DNA of 41,234 nucleotides from Octopus bimaculoides (lineage: Eukaryota): assembly GCF_001194135.2 (NCBI RefSeq), contig NC_068995.1, positions 19,851,040 through 19,892,273 on the forward strand, written 5' to 3'. Of the stretch, positions 12,012-24,070 are shown in pieces. The position numbers and the translations under genes were made by a program. Below the pieces are notes generated by a model. That model had not been told where the DNA came from, did not search any database, and saw nothing but the letters and a program-made list of their open reading frames with translations. Positions within the stretch are counted from its first letter, which is position 1. Every line of letters begins with the position of its first letter.

Positions 12012-12432
12012 GGAGTTTCAGGAATGTTTGTATGCTTAACACTTGGAACATTAGAAGAGTCTGACCATCTCTCATTTATTCTGTTAACTTTTTGATCTTG
12101 GTCGAAGTTTTTCTCGTTTGAGAAAAACTAAATCTAATCTTTTGCTGGATTTTTCAGATTGTTTAAGAGCCTTTTAGATCTAATCTAGTGCTTTTTCTTT
12201 CTTTCTTTCTTTTTTCTTTGCTTTTTCTGACAAATTGACCTTTCCTCATCATATTAGACTTATATCTGATGTCTTCGTGGACAACATTTCTTACTGTTCC
12301 TTCTGACACATGGAGGTCTTTTGCAATTGACCTCTTGGACTTTCTGGGATTGCAATCAATAATCTGTTGAACTATTTGGATAAATTCAGGTGTTCTAATA
12401 ATTTCAGAACGTTTAGAATGCTTTTTATGCTT
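12012..12432 (-). mobile_element. Decayed Tc1/mariner-superfamily transposase (HTH region and first catalytic motif)
   Basis: Minus translation KHSKRSEIIRTPEFIQIVQQIIDCNPRKSKRSIAKDLHVSEGTVRNVVHEDIRYKS..RKGQF..RSKRLLNNLKNP..FFSNEKNFDQDQKVNRINERW. The catalytic FSDEK is mutated to FSNEK and there are in-frame stops. Confidence 0.88.
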
Positions 12433-13518
12433 TGATACTGGTTATACGTTTCCATCTTCGGTCGCTCGCTCCTTACACCCTTTATAATCACAATAACAGC
12501 ATACCTCTTCATTTCTTGAGTAAGCTGAGGGCCTACAATTATTATTTTCTGAAACAAAGATTATACAGAGTTAGTTTAAAATGTAGCAATGACCACCAAA
12601 AAGGTATGTCCTCAAATACCTTACGCGCTCTGTATACACACACATACACAAAAGCACGCTCACATACATACACACATAGAAAGAAGAAAGGAAGGGGTAG
12701 ATATAGAGGGAGAGAGGGAGCTTAGTTGATAAACAGATATTTGCATGTATATGCATGTGTGTGTGTAATTGTATAAATTCATTTTAAAGTTTTCTCTAGT
12801 TATCTATACGTAGCCGAAACGCATTACTTTTCCCATACGGTTTTCTTAGCTTTCATCTTTCTCCAACTCTATCTTTCTTTCATTTTTTTTTCTACCTCTC
12901 CAGTCACTCTCTCTCATACACTCTCACTCACTCTCATACACTCTCTTTCAGTCTCTCACTCTCGCTCTCCCTCCCGTTCTTCCTCGCCTTACATATTTCC
13001 GCCGCTTCTCTATAGTAATCACTCACGTACTTTTCTTTATTTCTTATCTTGTCCGCATTTTGTTTCACAAGTCGGATTTTTTACCACCCACACAATACAA
13101 AATTTTCTTTCTCGCTTTCTCATTTCTGTTACAGAAATAGCAAAGCACAAGTTACTTATGAAACAAGGACGAAATAACAAATGCTCCTTGTATGAAATCA
13201 TTCCCACGGAGTCAGAATATTTCTAGATTCACTTCTTTTACATTTTCCCGCTACTTTCTTTCTCTTGCATCTCTTTCTTACTCTGGTTTTCTTTCTTTAC
13301 TTCTCCCCCCCTCTCTCTCACCTTCTCTCTCTTTTCCTCTCTCTAACTCTCTATCTATCTCTCTCACTGATTATATGCGTTTGTGCCTGTGCGTCTTTTC
13401 GTGTGTTTATACATGTATGTCGATTTATGTTGTACAAACAAAAGAGGTGCTATAGTCATGTGGCAGAGGCCTTACATGCAAGTATGTATGTTTATACATG
13501 CATATATGTGTATGTACG

Positions 13519-13552
<34 letters not shown>

Positions 13553-13773
13553 NNNNNNNNNNNNNNNNNNNNNNNNNNNNNNNNNNNNNNNNNNNNNNNN
13601 NNNNNNNNNNNNNNNNNNNNGGCACGGAAACTTATATGTATATCATTCTGCCTCAATAATGGAACTGCAGATACAATATCCCTGCATATCTCACAGCTAT
13701 TTTCATTACTCCACTTCACTCTCTATTTCGTATCTTATGTAAATTAACTATTGCTTAACCATTTTCTCGCACC

Positions 13774-13821
13774 GTCTCTGATGAAGGAATATATAAAATA
13801 TCCCAGAAACAGCTGCAAGGC
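13774..13821 (+). ncRNA. Degenerate type I hammerhead ribozyme-like motif
   Basis: gtct-CTGATGA-agga(atatataaaata)tccca-GAA-acagctgc-a-aggc. Stem I gtct/aggc, near-palindromic stem III ACAGCTG(T>C). U16.1 is lost and the stem II junction is non-canonical. Confidence 0.45.
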
Positions 13822-13877
13822 CTTTTCTTTATAACTGTTCTGAAATCTTTCACAGCCTTGGATTTTTATCTCATGCT

Positions 13878-13978
13878 CTTTACTCTTTTTATTCTTTTAC
13901 TTGTTTCAGTCATTTGACTGTGGCCATACTGGAGTACCACCTTTAGTCGAGCAAATCTTATTCTTTGTAAGCCTAGTA
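13878..13978 (-). mobile_element. SINE family 1 3' end fragment
   Basis: cttttacttgtttcagtcatttgactgtggccatactggagtaccacctttagtcgagc. Confidence 0.8.
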
Positions 13979-14429
13979 CATGCAAATATAGATTGGGAAA
14001 CTTTGTTCCGAACATATAGAACATAGGATACCAACAATTATTCGTCTATTCGATGGTGATTGTTCTGACGCTAAACAATCACAGCCGAGATTACTTTGTG
14101 TCTATGAGGAGGGCTTCAGCGGTCACTCGAACTGCTAAAATTAAGATGATAAATTTTCTTCATAATATCTTAAGTCTTAATAAAGAAAGTTAGCATTCAA
14201 AAATGTTTGTTTAGTTAACGTGAATAAAAAACAAAATTATAGTACTTGTTAACTTATGTACCAAAAAGAAAAACAAGCAAGAGCATGATAACCTAATACG
14301 ATAACATCACAAATGAAGCAAAATAACTGCATTGTTAACGTCATTATGTAATGGTATTAGAAATAACCTTTTGTATAAATACAAAATCCTGTCATTGATC
14401 AAATTGAATACTTGACAATCAGTAAAACG

Positions 14430-14780
14430 TGTGACTAATTTGGTCACAGTCAATGTAATTACTTAATTACATTTTTAAATTAACTTGTGATCTACTCTGA
14501 ATCCTTTAACTAGAGTTCGTTACCCTTCTTGAATTTTTACACATTTGTTTCACTCCTTCGTATATTCATTCATACAATCATGCAAACATTTATACAGACC
14601 TGTGAGAGTATGTATTTCTTTTTAAAGTGACAATTGGTCACGCGCGCATCACGTGACAAGATCTTCTAGTCAGTCTACTCTGTAGATTTGAGCAATTGTT
14701 GTTATTTCACTGATCTTTAGTCAAACTGATTTGAATGCCCTCGTTGGCAGAACTATGCAAAATTTGCATATTATCTGCGT
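14430..14780 (+). promoter_or_regulatory. Candidate core promoter/enhancer
   Basis: ATTGG (CCAAT box) at about 14633, GTCACG..GCGCGCA..TCACGTGAC (E-box/CLEAR-like) at 14637-14657, Inr-like TCAGTC at about 14670, octamer ATTTGCAT inside palindrome 14754-14770, and a TAATTA palindrome at 14452-14473. Confidence 0.4.
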
Positions 14781-15122
14781 GTTCATCAACAGCCACCCCT
14801 CTCTTAACCATTTCACTGACTTTTTCAACACTGTCATGAAGACGTAGTTGAGTGTCCGTCTCTTACTGCGAGAAACTTGTGCTGATATTTCTGAATTTCT
14901 TTACTAGACTCGTAGACAGTCCATGGCAAGAAAACTCTCTTCTGGTATCGCGCTAACATACTTCGATGACACAGATTGATCTCAAAGAAAAAAGATTAAT
15001 GAATAATGTTTCTCTCTAGGTCAAACGTAATGTGGTGCTGTTAAGTTTATCGTAGTAACAACAAGACTTAACTGACGTTTCAAGTTCAACGCTGCGCAGC
15101 AACAACAAAAGAGAAGCCACCG

Positions 15123-15162
15123 ATGAAAATCGACCCCCCCCCCCCTCCAGATGCATTTTTGG
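15123..15162 (+). CDS. Candidate first coding exon MKIDPPPPPDAFL, phase 1
   Basis: ATG about 450 nt downstream of the promoter-like cluster, with strong donor TGG|gtgagg. Confidence 0.35.
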
Positions 15163-15804
15163 GTGAGGGTACTATATTATGTAGCATCGCATGTTATTTT
15201 TGCTGGTTGATATTTAATAACTGTTTGCATTGCTAGTATTTTATTTCTTCTGTGTTGCGTTACTGAACAATATTTTCTTTATATTTGTAAGGAAAGAAAA
15301 CTGTGAATTAAAACCCAAGCGTGAAACAAGCAGTGACAATAAAATAATATTCATTCTTACACGTTGCACTCTAACTTTAAATCCCATCTAGGATAATTTA
15401 GCCTTCTCTACTTTCGGAATTCATAAATGAAGTACCACTCTTCTCTCTAGACTCTACTTCTAATTTTAAAATTCAGGTTTATCACAACGTAATGCGCTAA
15501 TTGGGCCTCAGACTTGCGTTACGGATACATATGTCTGTTGAACAGATACTCGGTCAATTACACGGTAATTTCACGTATAGAATTTTAACGTGCCATACAA
15601 CTAAATGATGATCATCAAAAACGACGGTTAATCCAGTAATTAAAAGCTGTTGGGAGAACAGGCTGTCGATTAACATGGCATTCTTCTTCAGTTCAGAACA
15701 GGATCCACGATGACGATGCTTAAATAAAGAGATTCCATTTTACTTTCTATTCCATTTTATTCATTTTTCAGTTTTCCATTTGTTAGCAATATATATATAT
15801 ATAT

Positions 15805-15805
<1 letters not shown>

Positions 15806-15859
<54 letters not shown>

Positions 15860-15860
15860 T
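15806..15860. repeat. (GA)n microsatellite within a long purine tract
   Basis: Direct observation. Confidence 0.95.
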
Positions 15861-16170
15861 GAAAAATCATTCTTGAAAGAGACACGTCGCAAAAAAATAA
15901 AAAACAGGATGAGAAAGAAATATATGAAGAAATAAAATAATTGAGATTCAGTAAAATAACGCCGACAGAATGATAAAGAGAGCGAAGGAAAAAAGAGAAT
16001 AAATAGATGGAGAAAGAGTGAAGAGAGAAGAAACCGGAAACTGGTACCAAGTGAGAGGCAGAAAAATGGTAGTCGAACATGAGAGGGTGGCAAGGATACA
16101 AAACAGACAGAAACTATAAGTGGAGAAATTATAATAGCGAACGAGCCAAAAGCTACCAGAATTTCTTTAC

Positions 16171-16209
16171 CATAGCGGTATTCCATTACAGAGCTTGGTA
16201 TTTAACTGC
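16171..16209 (-). CDS. Candidate 39-nt phase 2-2 micro-exon (QLNTKLCNGIPL)
   Basis: Strong acceptor tttgcttctctttggtcttttatttccag and donor ATG|gtaaag. Only one of the three frames is open. Confidence 0.25.
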
Positions 16210-16763
16210 CTGGAAATAAAAGACCAAAGAGAAGCAAACATCAAGGAAATGTTAACTGATTATTTTGATGAGTGAACACTACTTTTCAAACATCATGGCA
16301 AGAAGGAAATAGTTACTTTTATTTCTAAGAGTTTTGGGAAATATTCTTACACAGATGATTCATCAATCCTTAAACTAAATCTTTTTTCTAATCCTCCCCT
16401 CTCCTGTTTCTGTCTTTTGTTTACATTTCGTACATATGATGCGAAGGTGATGGTAATGACTAAAGAGGGTTGGGAGCAATCCTTTTCATCAGAAATTCAT
16501 TAGTTTTGGGTATTTTCCTTTTTTTACGCACGTATGTTTCGCGTGTTTTTTCTGTCACTACGTATGAATCCATGGATATGTATGTATGTATGTATGTATG
16601 CATCTCTTTGTATGAATATTTATGTAACATGTAAGCAAATATATCCATCTATTTATGTATGTATATATGTATATATAGGTGTGTGTGTGAATGTATATGT
16701 ATTTATGTGTATATATGTATATGTATGTATGCGTGTGTGTGTGTGTGTTTGCAAATATGTTTG

Positions 16764-16804
<41 letters not shown>

Positions 16805-19029
16805 NNNNNNNNNNTGTAACGATGTAGAAATACAGCTGCTAATTTCGAAGATGTTCCAGTAAAAACAAAATGCTAAAAACCAGAACAAAAGTATCGTAGA
16901 ATTCTAAGAAAATAGCTTAGAAAACAATTTAGTCAAAAGAAACGTTCAGCTAGAATATTTGTCAGGTGGCCATAGCGGTGGAATTTTGAGTACACCATGA
17001 ACGTATATATATGTACCCATGCACAGACACAAACCTGCACATGCACACACATACACATGCTTCTTTTAAAGTATCGCTTGGCAAAAGAGAAGTCAAAACA
17101 TGTTTACGGTGTACTCTGTAATTTTATTTATTATAAGCTAAAGGTTGCTTGTAACCCATTAACACATTACGATTCGTAGTTTCATCAATTCTCGGGCTTA
17201 AAAAGTGATATCAAAGAAACATTATTTGTATATGTTCATACATTGGATCAGTGGCTGCCACTGGTGGAAGGAACTAGTTTGGTGTGCTGCTATGGAGTCC
17301 ATGAGTGGGTGTTTACTTAGTTGTATAAATGGTCGGTTTACAACTTCTATATAAATGCTTCGAGTTTGATTACCCGATAAGCTTTTTTAGAAATAGCTTT
17401 CATATGTATATATATGCTTGTGTTTTTGCGTGTGTGTGTGTGTGTGTATGTGTGTGTGTGTGTGAGTGTATCTGTGTATGTGTCTCTGTATGTGTGACTC
17501 TCTCTCTCTCTCTCTCTCTGAGTTGATGAAAAGCTATTTATCTCATGTTTTCGTTATTTGATGATTGAATCATATTGATTGATGACAAAATAACATGATA
17601 TTTTATTAGATATCATTACATATGCTTTGTTTATGCAAAGTATTAATGCGATATGAAAATAAGAATTACGTCTGAAATAAGCACATATGACATAAGGAAT
17701 CGGATTATCATTCAGGATTAGAAAGACATCATAAAATGTTATAGAGTAGTTGTTAATCTTCTGGTAAGGAACGGTCAGTGGTCACTGTTTGTGTTTTCTC
17801 TATATTTCTCAAAGTATAATGAAGTTGATTGCATCTAATTTTGAATTAGCTTCTTGTTAGCGGTACCAGAATAAACAATAGATTTTCAAGACAATTGTTT
17901 ATGACTGAACAGAGGTGCTGTAAGTGTGATTCAAGTTGGGACGGGGAGAGAATGATGCTACCGTTGCTGTTGTTGCTGTTGTTGTTGTTGCTGTTATGAA
18001 GTTCTCGGTATATCTTATCATTAATAGATGACTGACTTTAGCTCCTACACAGTTCAGTTTCGCTCCACCATAATAGCAAACTCTGCTAATATAATCGAAG
18101 TTTCTTCGCTAAATCATCAAATGTGATTATATTTGTATATATGAGTGTATGTAAGCTTTAACATAAGAAGGGTTGTTTGCATATAGGCATGCAATATATG
18201 TATTACAAACGTATCGAGGAAGTGTATGGGTAGAAGCGATGGAACGGATTAACGTGCGTATATTCAATAATCATACATTTAACCTCGATGTGTAGGTAGA
18301 CCCCTGTGGTTAAACCTCAAGTCTCCACTTACATAAAGAGCCAAACAATAATTCGCATATTTGCGCATGGTTTTTATCCACTCAACAGGAATGTTTTACG
18401 TCTATTCAAGAGAAACAGGGAGAAAGAGGATGACAGTAAAGCAGTGTGTGTGTGCTTGCATACATGAGTGTATATGTGTGTGCGAGAGAGAAACAGAAAT
18501 GTGAGAAAATGCAACAAGCAATAGAATTACCTCTAAATATGAGAATGTGTTCACAGAAGCGTTGAAGGACTTTCTGTACGTGCGTGCTAGTGCGCGCGAA
18601 GGTGTATGTGTGTGTGTGTGTGTGCGTGTTTGTGTATGCGTGTGTGTGTGTTGTGCATGTTGTGTGTGTGAGAGAGATATAACGAGAGAATGACAGAAAT
18701 GTGAGAAAATAGGAGCAACGAAATTAGCTCTACATATATGAGTATGTATGCGTAGATGTGCTGAGAGAGTTTGTGTGTGTGTGTGTGCGCGTGTGCGTGT
18801 GTGTGTCTGTGTGTGTGTGTATGTCCACATGTGTGTGTACACGTGCACGTGTGTTCGTGAATGCATTTCTCATCTGAAACGATGAAACTCACTAAGGCTC
18901 TAAATAATAGCGTGCAAATATTGAACCTAAAAACACTTTGAACGCAACAAATGTAGAAGGCTGCCCATGTGAGTGGAAACCACGTCGTAATTATAAATCT
19001 GAGTTCGAATCCCACAGGAAGCCTTTGGG

Positions 19030-19620
19030 TTTTTCTAGATAAGGCTGCTTGGTTATTCGAGATGCTGCTGTCTCCGAGTCAACACCAGGTGACCAATGTC
19101 CCGAACCGTCTGCATGCAGGTTGGGAGCTGCGGCTTCCAGTGACATCTTCCACCAGCGATTTTCGTCCCCTTCCCATCGTTACAGGGCTTGGAGAGTTGT
19201 GATCGTGTTCGTGGACGTGGAAAGATCCTTCGACCTGCGCAATGGAATTTTAAGGTGAAGTGCAGTCTGCGCTGAATTGGCCCCACCGTTTACACCCGGA
19301 GTTCATCTGCCGTGGCCCAGAAATCTGGGACGATGACGGAGTCGTAGGTTTTTTATCGGGTCGTAGGTTTTTTATCGGAGTATCTTTCTTCTAGACAGGC
19401 TGCCGATCATGGCTAACGAGCCTCATCTGCTCTGAGCAGCCTGGTTATACTGCACCAGACACCCGCAGTCTTCCTCTCCTGTTCGTTTAGATCCAGATGG
19501 TACCACGAAGAGGTCGAAGTAGGACTTGGGATTTGCGTCATACTGTTTGGAAATTTTAGCCCAGTATGGTATTCATCCAACCAGCATCCGGTGACTATGC
19601 GGACCCTCATTAACCACCCA
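19030..19620 (+). mobile_element. Probable LINE remnant (RTE-like 5' UTR similarity plus an RT-like motif)
   Basis: GC-richer island. ttcttctagacaggctgcc..ggctaacgagcctcatctgc resembles RTE 5' UTRs as I recall them. ORF 19049-19258 contains RLG..DIF-x19-FVDVERSFD. Confidence 0.5.
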
Positions 19621-21654
19621 TTATATTATCACACTAAAAATTAATTACTTTTGCTTTTGTTATTTTCGTTTTACACTTCGTTATATGTTTTACATGAAAA
19701 AGTATTTTCTATTATTCTCAAGTTTTCGTTTCTATAATCATTATTATTATATAAGTGCATACGTGTATTAGTCAATGCATGTTGACTGTACATACACATA
19801 TCAAACATAAATTAATTTATCCTCTTCCTAAAGTTAAACGCACCCAATAAACTCTCCTTGTACTCCAATACATTTTACTTTCATCCTTGACACTGCGAGT
19901 ATCTCCAGCATACGTGTTGTCCTCTCCAGTTTGAATAACACTGTTTTTGTGTTATATTAGATAAGCCGTCTCCACTTCTTTTTTACGTTTCCATTCGACA
20001 AAACACATCAAGAAAGCAATGGGCAAGAATAAGGGAAAGCAATAAATATGAACAGAAGTTAGATGTCTTTTGTTTGCTAGTTCTTGATGTTGCTTTCTTA
20101 CTTTTGTTCTTCTTTTTTATTTTATTTTATTTACTTGTTTATTTATTTTTGTCACATGTCAGGAAGTTATCACTTTACTGAATTTTATATGTAGACAATA
20201 AAATGTTTGACCATAAACCCTGGCAAAAGCAGACAATCGGTCGCTATGCTACGTGGATGGCTTATCTTAACCGTTTTTACGACAAAACATTAAACGACTT
20301 TGCCAGGTGCTAAGAGAAAAAAAAATTCAACGACAAAATTAATACAAGTATTCTACAGCAAGATATTAAAGGTGTAAATTCGCGGAGGAGATAAAAGTAA
20401 TAAGGTAAAAAAAAAAAAAAAGAAACAATTGAAAAGTTTTGAATTTATAAGCAATTCTGCATCAATAAATATACCTTGGTGATAACTTTTGTTGAAATGA
20501 TAATTTGAATGACTAATCTACGAATTTATATGTATGCATTTATGCACGCCTATCTATATACATATATACATACATACATACATACATACATGCATTTATA
20601 TATATATATACACATGCACACACACGCACACGCATATATATGTATAATATGTACATATTCAAGCAAACACACGCGCGCACATACTTAAACATACACGTAC
20701 ATATTCGGTGATTAAGAAATATCATGGCAATAAATTTATCCAGACAGATTTCATTAAATATCTTTATATTCAAATAAGCTCTGAAATATATTTAGAATAT
20801 GTTTATCAAGACTGTATGCATACATTCATACATACTTGCGCACATACATATATATGTATGTGTGTGTGTGTGTGAGTATGTGTGTGCATATATTTGTATG
20901 TATATATGTATATACGTATGTATACTTACATGTTTCCATATATATATGTGCATACATGTGTGTGTACAATATATGGAATGGTTAATGAAATGAATATATT
21001 CTATACAACTTGTGAATCTTTTATATATATATGAAAATTTACGATTTCTTAAACATTTTTGCGAGTCAAATAGTGTTATCTGCTTTGTTCATGAACACAA
21101 CTGACCGTGTAGTGCGTGCTTTACTCTCATTCGGCTCGTCAGTTACGAGGCAATTTATCTTTATTGATAAAATTGTCTTTGTCTAATATGGACGAATACT
21201 TTGCTTTATGACAGTGTGAGGTGATATGGGATATGATAGCATTTATTCTTTACCTCGAACGCGTATATAGAGACTTAAGTGAAGTGAAATAGTTTTTCTG
21301 ACAGAATTTATAACTTTCTGAGAACTGACTTTTCTCAGCGCGAGAACTTAGCTCTGGATCTATGAAGTCGTCTCTGTGAGGCCTATCTGTTTGCTAAAAA
21401 TAATTGCCAAATATTTTTAATCACATTTAACTGTTGTTATAGAATAAGAGCGAAATTGGAAAATGTTGTTCTTGATATACAAAAAGACAGGCTGTTCAAA
21501 GACGGAACGCCTATATAATAGGAATGGTTCATTATATTTGACCTAGAGTTAAAAAGGATCTTTGTGGTATGAGCCACTGCATGTCAAAATCTTTATAACA
21601 AGTTTTAAATGCAGTGTATAGAAGCTAATTTGTGACGCTGAATCCGAACTTGTT

Positions 21655-22190
21655 ATTCATTTATTCCAGAAAAATTTTCCGAAAATATTACACGTGTTCA
21701 AAGTTTGAGAATTTTTAGAATTTTCAGCTAATTCCTACTGTTATGAATACAAGCAATTATGGAACACGTGATGGCTACACTCCTTGTGCACATGCGCAGC
21801 ATCTTTGGTTACTATGGAAACAGAGTTGTTTGCAAACAGTTCTGGAACACATGGTGGTTATATTCCTTGGTTACTATGGAAACAGAGTTCTTTGTTTTGT
21901 GTAAAATACTCGCCTCTGATTGGCTAAAATACCTAAATTTTGCAAACTTTATGGGCTAATAATTTTTTAATTATAAATTTGTAAGATTTTCATTTTCATA
22001 ATTAGTATACGAAACTTAATCCATATACCAAATTTGAAAACAATTAGAACAAAATTGGAGACAGTGGTTACAAAAATTAACAACCGTACTATTGTTTTAT
22101 TGAGGTTCGTTAATAAAAAACGTGCAAATTTTGTAGAATAAGTTTTTCCTGGTTTCTCAAAGATTTTCCTGGATTTCGGTCATTTGTACT
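21655..22190. mobile_element. Probable non-autonomous DNA element carrying two X-box motifs
   Basis: 23-nt direct repeat ttggttactatggaaacagagtt (62-nt period). MITE-like composition; termini uncertain. Confidence 0.3.
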
Positions 22191-22251
22191 CAAAGGGAAA
22201 ACTCAGAGTACCAAGAAACTGAAACATGTGTGTTGTGTGTGCGCATATATA

Positions 22252-22324
<73 letters not shown>

Positions 22325-23256
22325 GCGTGTGTGTTAGGATCTTAGTAAAATTGCGATGCAACATTTCGGAAGCAAAGGTCTATAAAATTTGCAGAGACAG
22401 GGAGAGTTAACATTTTTACACCGCTAGCGTTTCGCCAATGTTATGATTGTATCAATTGTGATAACCTCGATGATATATCTTGTTTGCCGTATCTGGCAAA
22501 ATACTTATCTACACTCTGTAAAGAAAGGTTGCTGATGTGTAACATGTACATATCCTTATCCTCTACACCACCATTATCCCCAATACCACGTCGACCACAA
22601 GTACTCAACGACACATATTTCACGTTGCCCCTACAGTGACTCCAATATACAGATGTCATTGTTAGCCATTCTTAAGTTCACCCAAGAGAAAGCCACTAAG
22701 CATGATTCCTGTAGTTCTTAAAATAGGCATGAATATCGTTGAAGCCCTTACGAGATATTCTTCTCTTTTCTTTTTTGCTGCTAAATATATTTAAGTAACC
22801 ACAAGCACGCACTGGCACTTAAATACATACATACATATATACATACATACATACACACACACATGCACGCACACATGTATGTATGTATGTATGTATGCAT
22901 TAATTGATTAACAAAACACGTGTGTTTGCGTGTTTACTACAACAGATCCCAATATGTCTGTCGTTAAAATACATTCACAAATTGTTCCATGAGCATTAAA
23001 CGATAAGTTATACTATTCACTGCCATGACAATTAATCTGCACGATTAATAATAAACAAAGTTAAACTATCTCTCCCTCCCTCTCTCCTCTCTCTGTCTCA
23101 CACGCACACTCACAAACACGTACACACACACACATACACGCATACGCGCACGCATTCAAACATGGTGTTTTTGTTAGATGAGTTATTTGACAATTGAACA
23201 GATTGCTTTGCGTTATTTGTTGTGACTTTTCGCACTCTGATATCGGGTCCCAACAG

Positions 23257-23304
23257 AAGACATTCTTGCCGCTCATCCTGCGTCTCCAGTTCTGAGAATA
23301 TCGG
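23257..23304 (+). CDS. Candidate 48-nt phase 1-1 exon (E)DILAAHPASPVLRIS
   Basis: Acceptor cttttcgcactctgatatcgggtcccaacag and strong donor CGG|gtatgt. Phase is compatible with 15123-15162. Confidence 0.35.
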
Positions 23305-23739
23305 GTATGTTACAAAGGAAGGCATAATGCTTTGCCAAATTTTGTTCGACTCCTTCGCCTATCACCGAACACTTTGAAATATGAAACGAAGCCTTCCGGT
23401 ATCTCAAGCACTGGTACACTTGCACTGCCAGACAGCATCATAGGTCGATTCAAATAACAGTTCTGTTGCAGCAATAGACATGAATGTGGGGAAGAGACGC
23501 TGGGGTAAAATATGTGTTTCCGTATCCACAAAAATTTGTGTGAGTGGAAATGTGTGCAAAATAATGAAACAGAGATTTGACTGGTAATACAAGGTAAAAG
23601 TATGATTCGGATCACAAGGTATCAAATTTATTCGTGTTTGATTTATATTCAAAAACAATTCAAAGTCAGGTGTAGTTCAGTCAACCTAGTATTACATGCA
23701 TACATCATCCATTTTTGTAAGCATATATGGATGTATATA

Positions 23740-23860
23740 TGTATGCATGTATGTATGTATGTATGTATGTATGTATGTATGTATGTATACATGCATGCAT
23801 GCATGTATGTATGTATGTATGTATGTATGTATGTATGTATGTATGTATGTATGTATGTAT
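23740..23860. repeat. (TATG)n microsatellite
   Basis: Direct observation. Confidence 0.95.
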
Positions 23861-24006
23861 AGGTTCTTTTATTAATTTCAATGACTAATCTATCGATCTT
23901 CCGATGCTACAGGGCAGAAAGGCATTTCTTATTTGCAGAATTAATCTTACTGTCCAGTGCGGCTGGTTGTTTTTAGAGTATCAACCATTTCACTAGTTAT
24001 ATATAC

Positions 24007-24010
<4 letters not shown>

Positions 24011-24069
<59 letters not shown>
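24011..24069. repeat. (CA)n microsatellite
   Basis: Direct observation. Confidence 0.97.

Positions 24070-24070
<1 letters not shown>

Noticed and set aside
16460-16495. Minus-strand CUGAUGA as a hammerhead
   Set aside because: No stem II or GAAA box follows.
19270-19340. HDV-like ribozyme in the RTE-like 5' region
   Set aside because: Only a P4-like hairpin (cccag/ctggg) and a possible P2 could be built; P1 and P3 do not pair.
23310-23615. 101-aa minus-strand ORF as a gene
   Set aside because: No recognisable domain, a non-ATG-type start in AT-rich sequence, and better splice signals on the plus strand.
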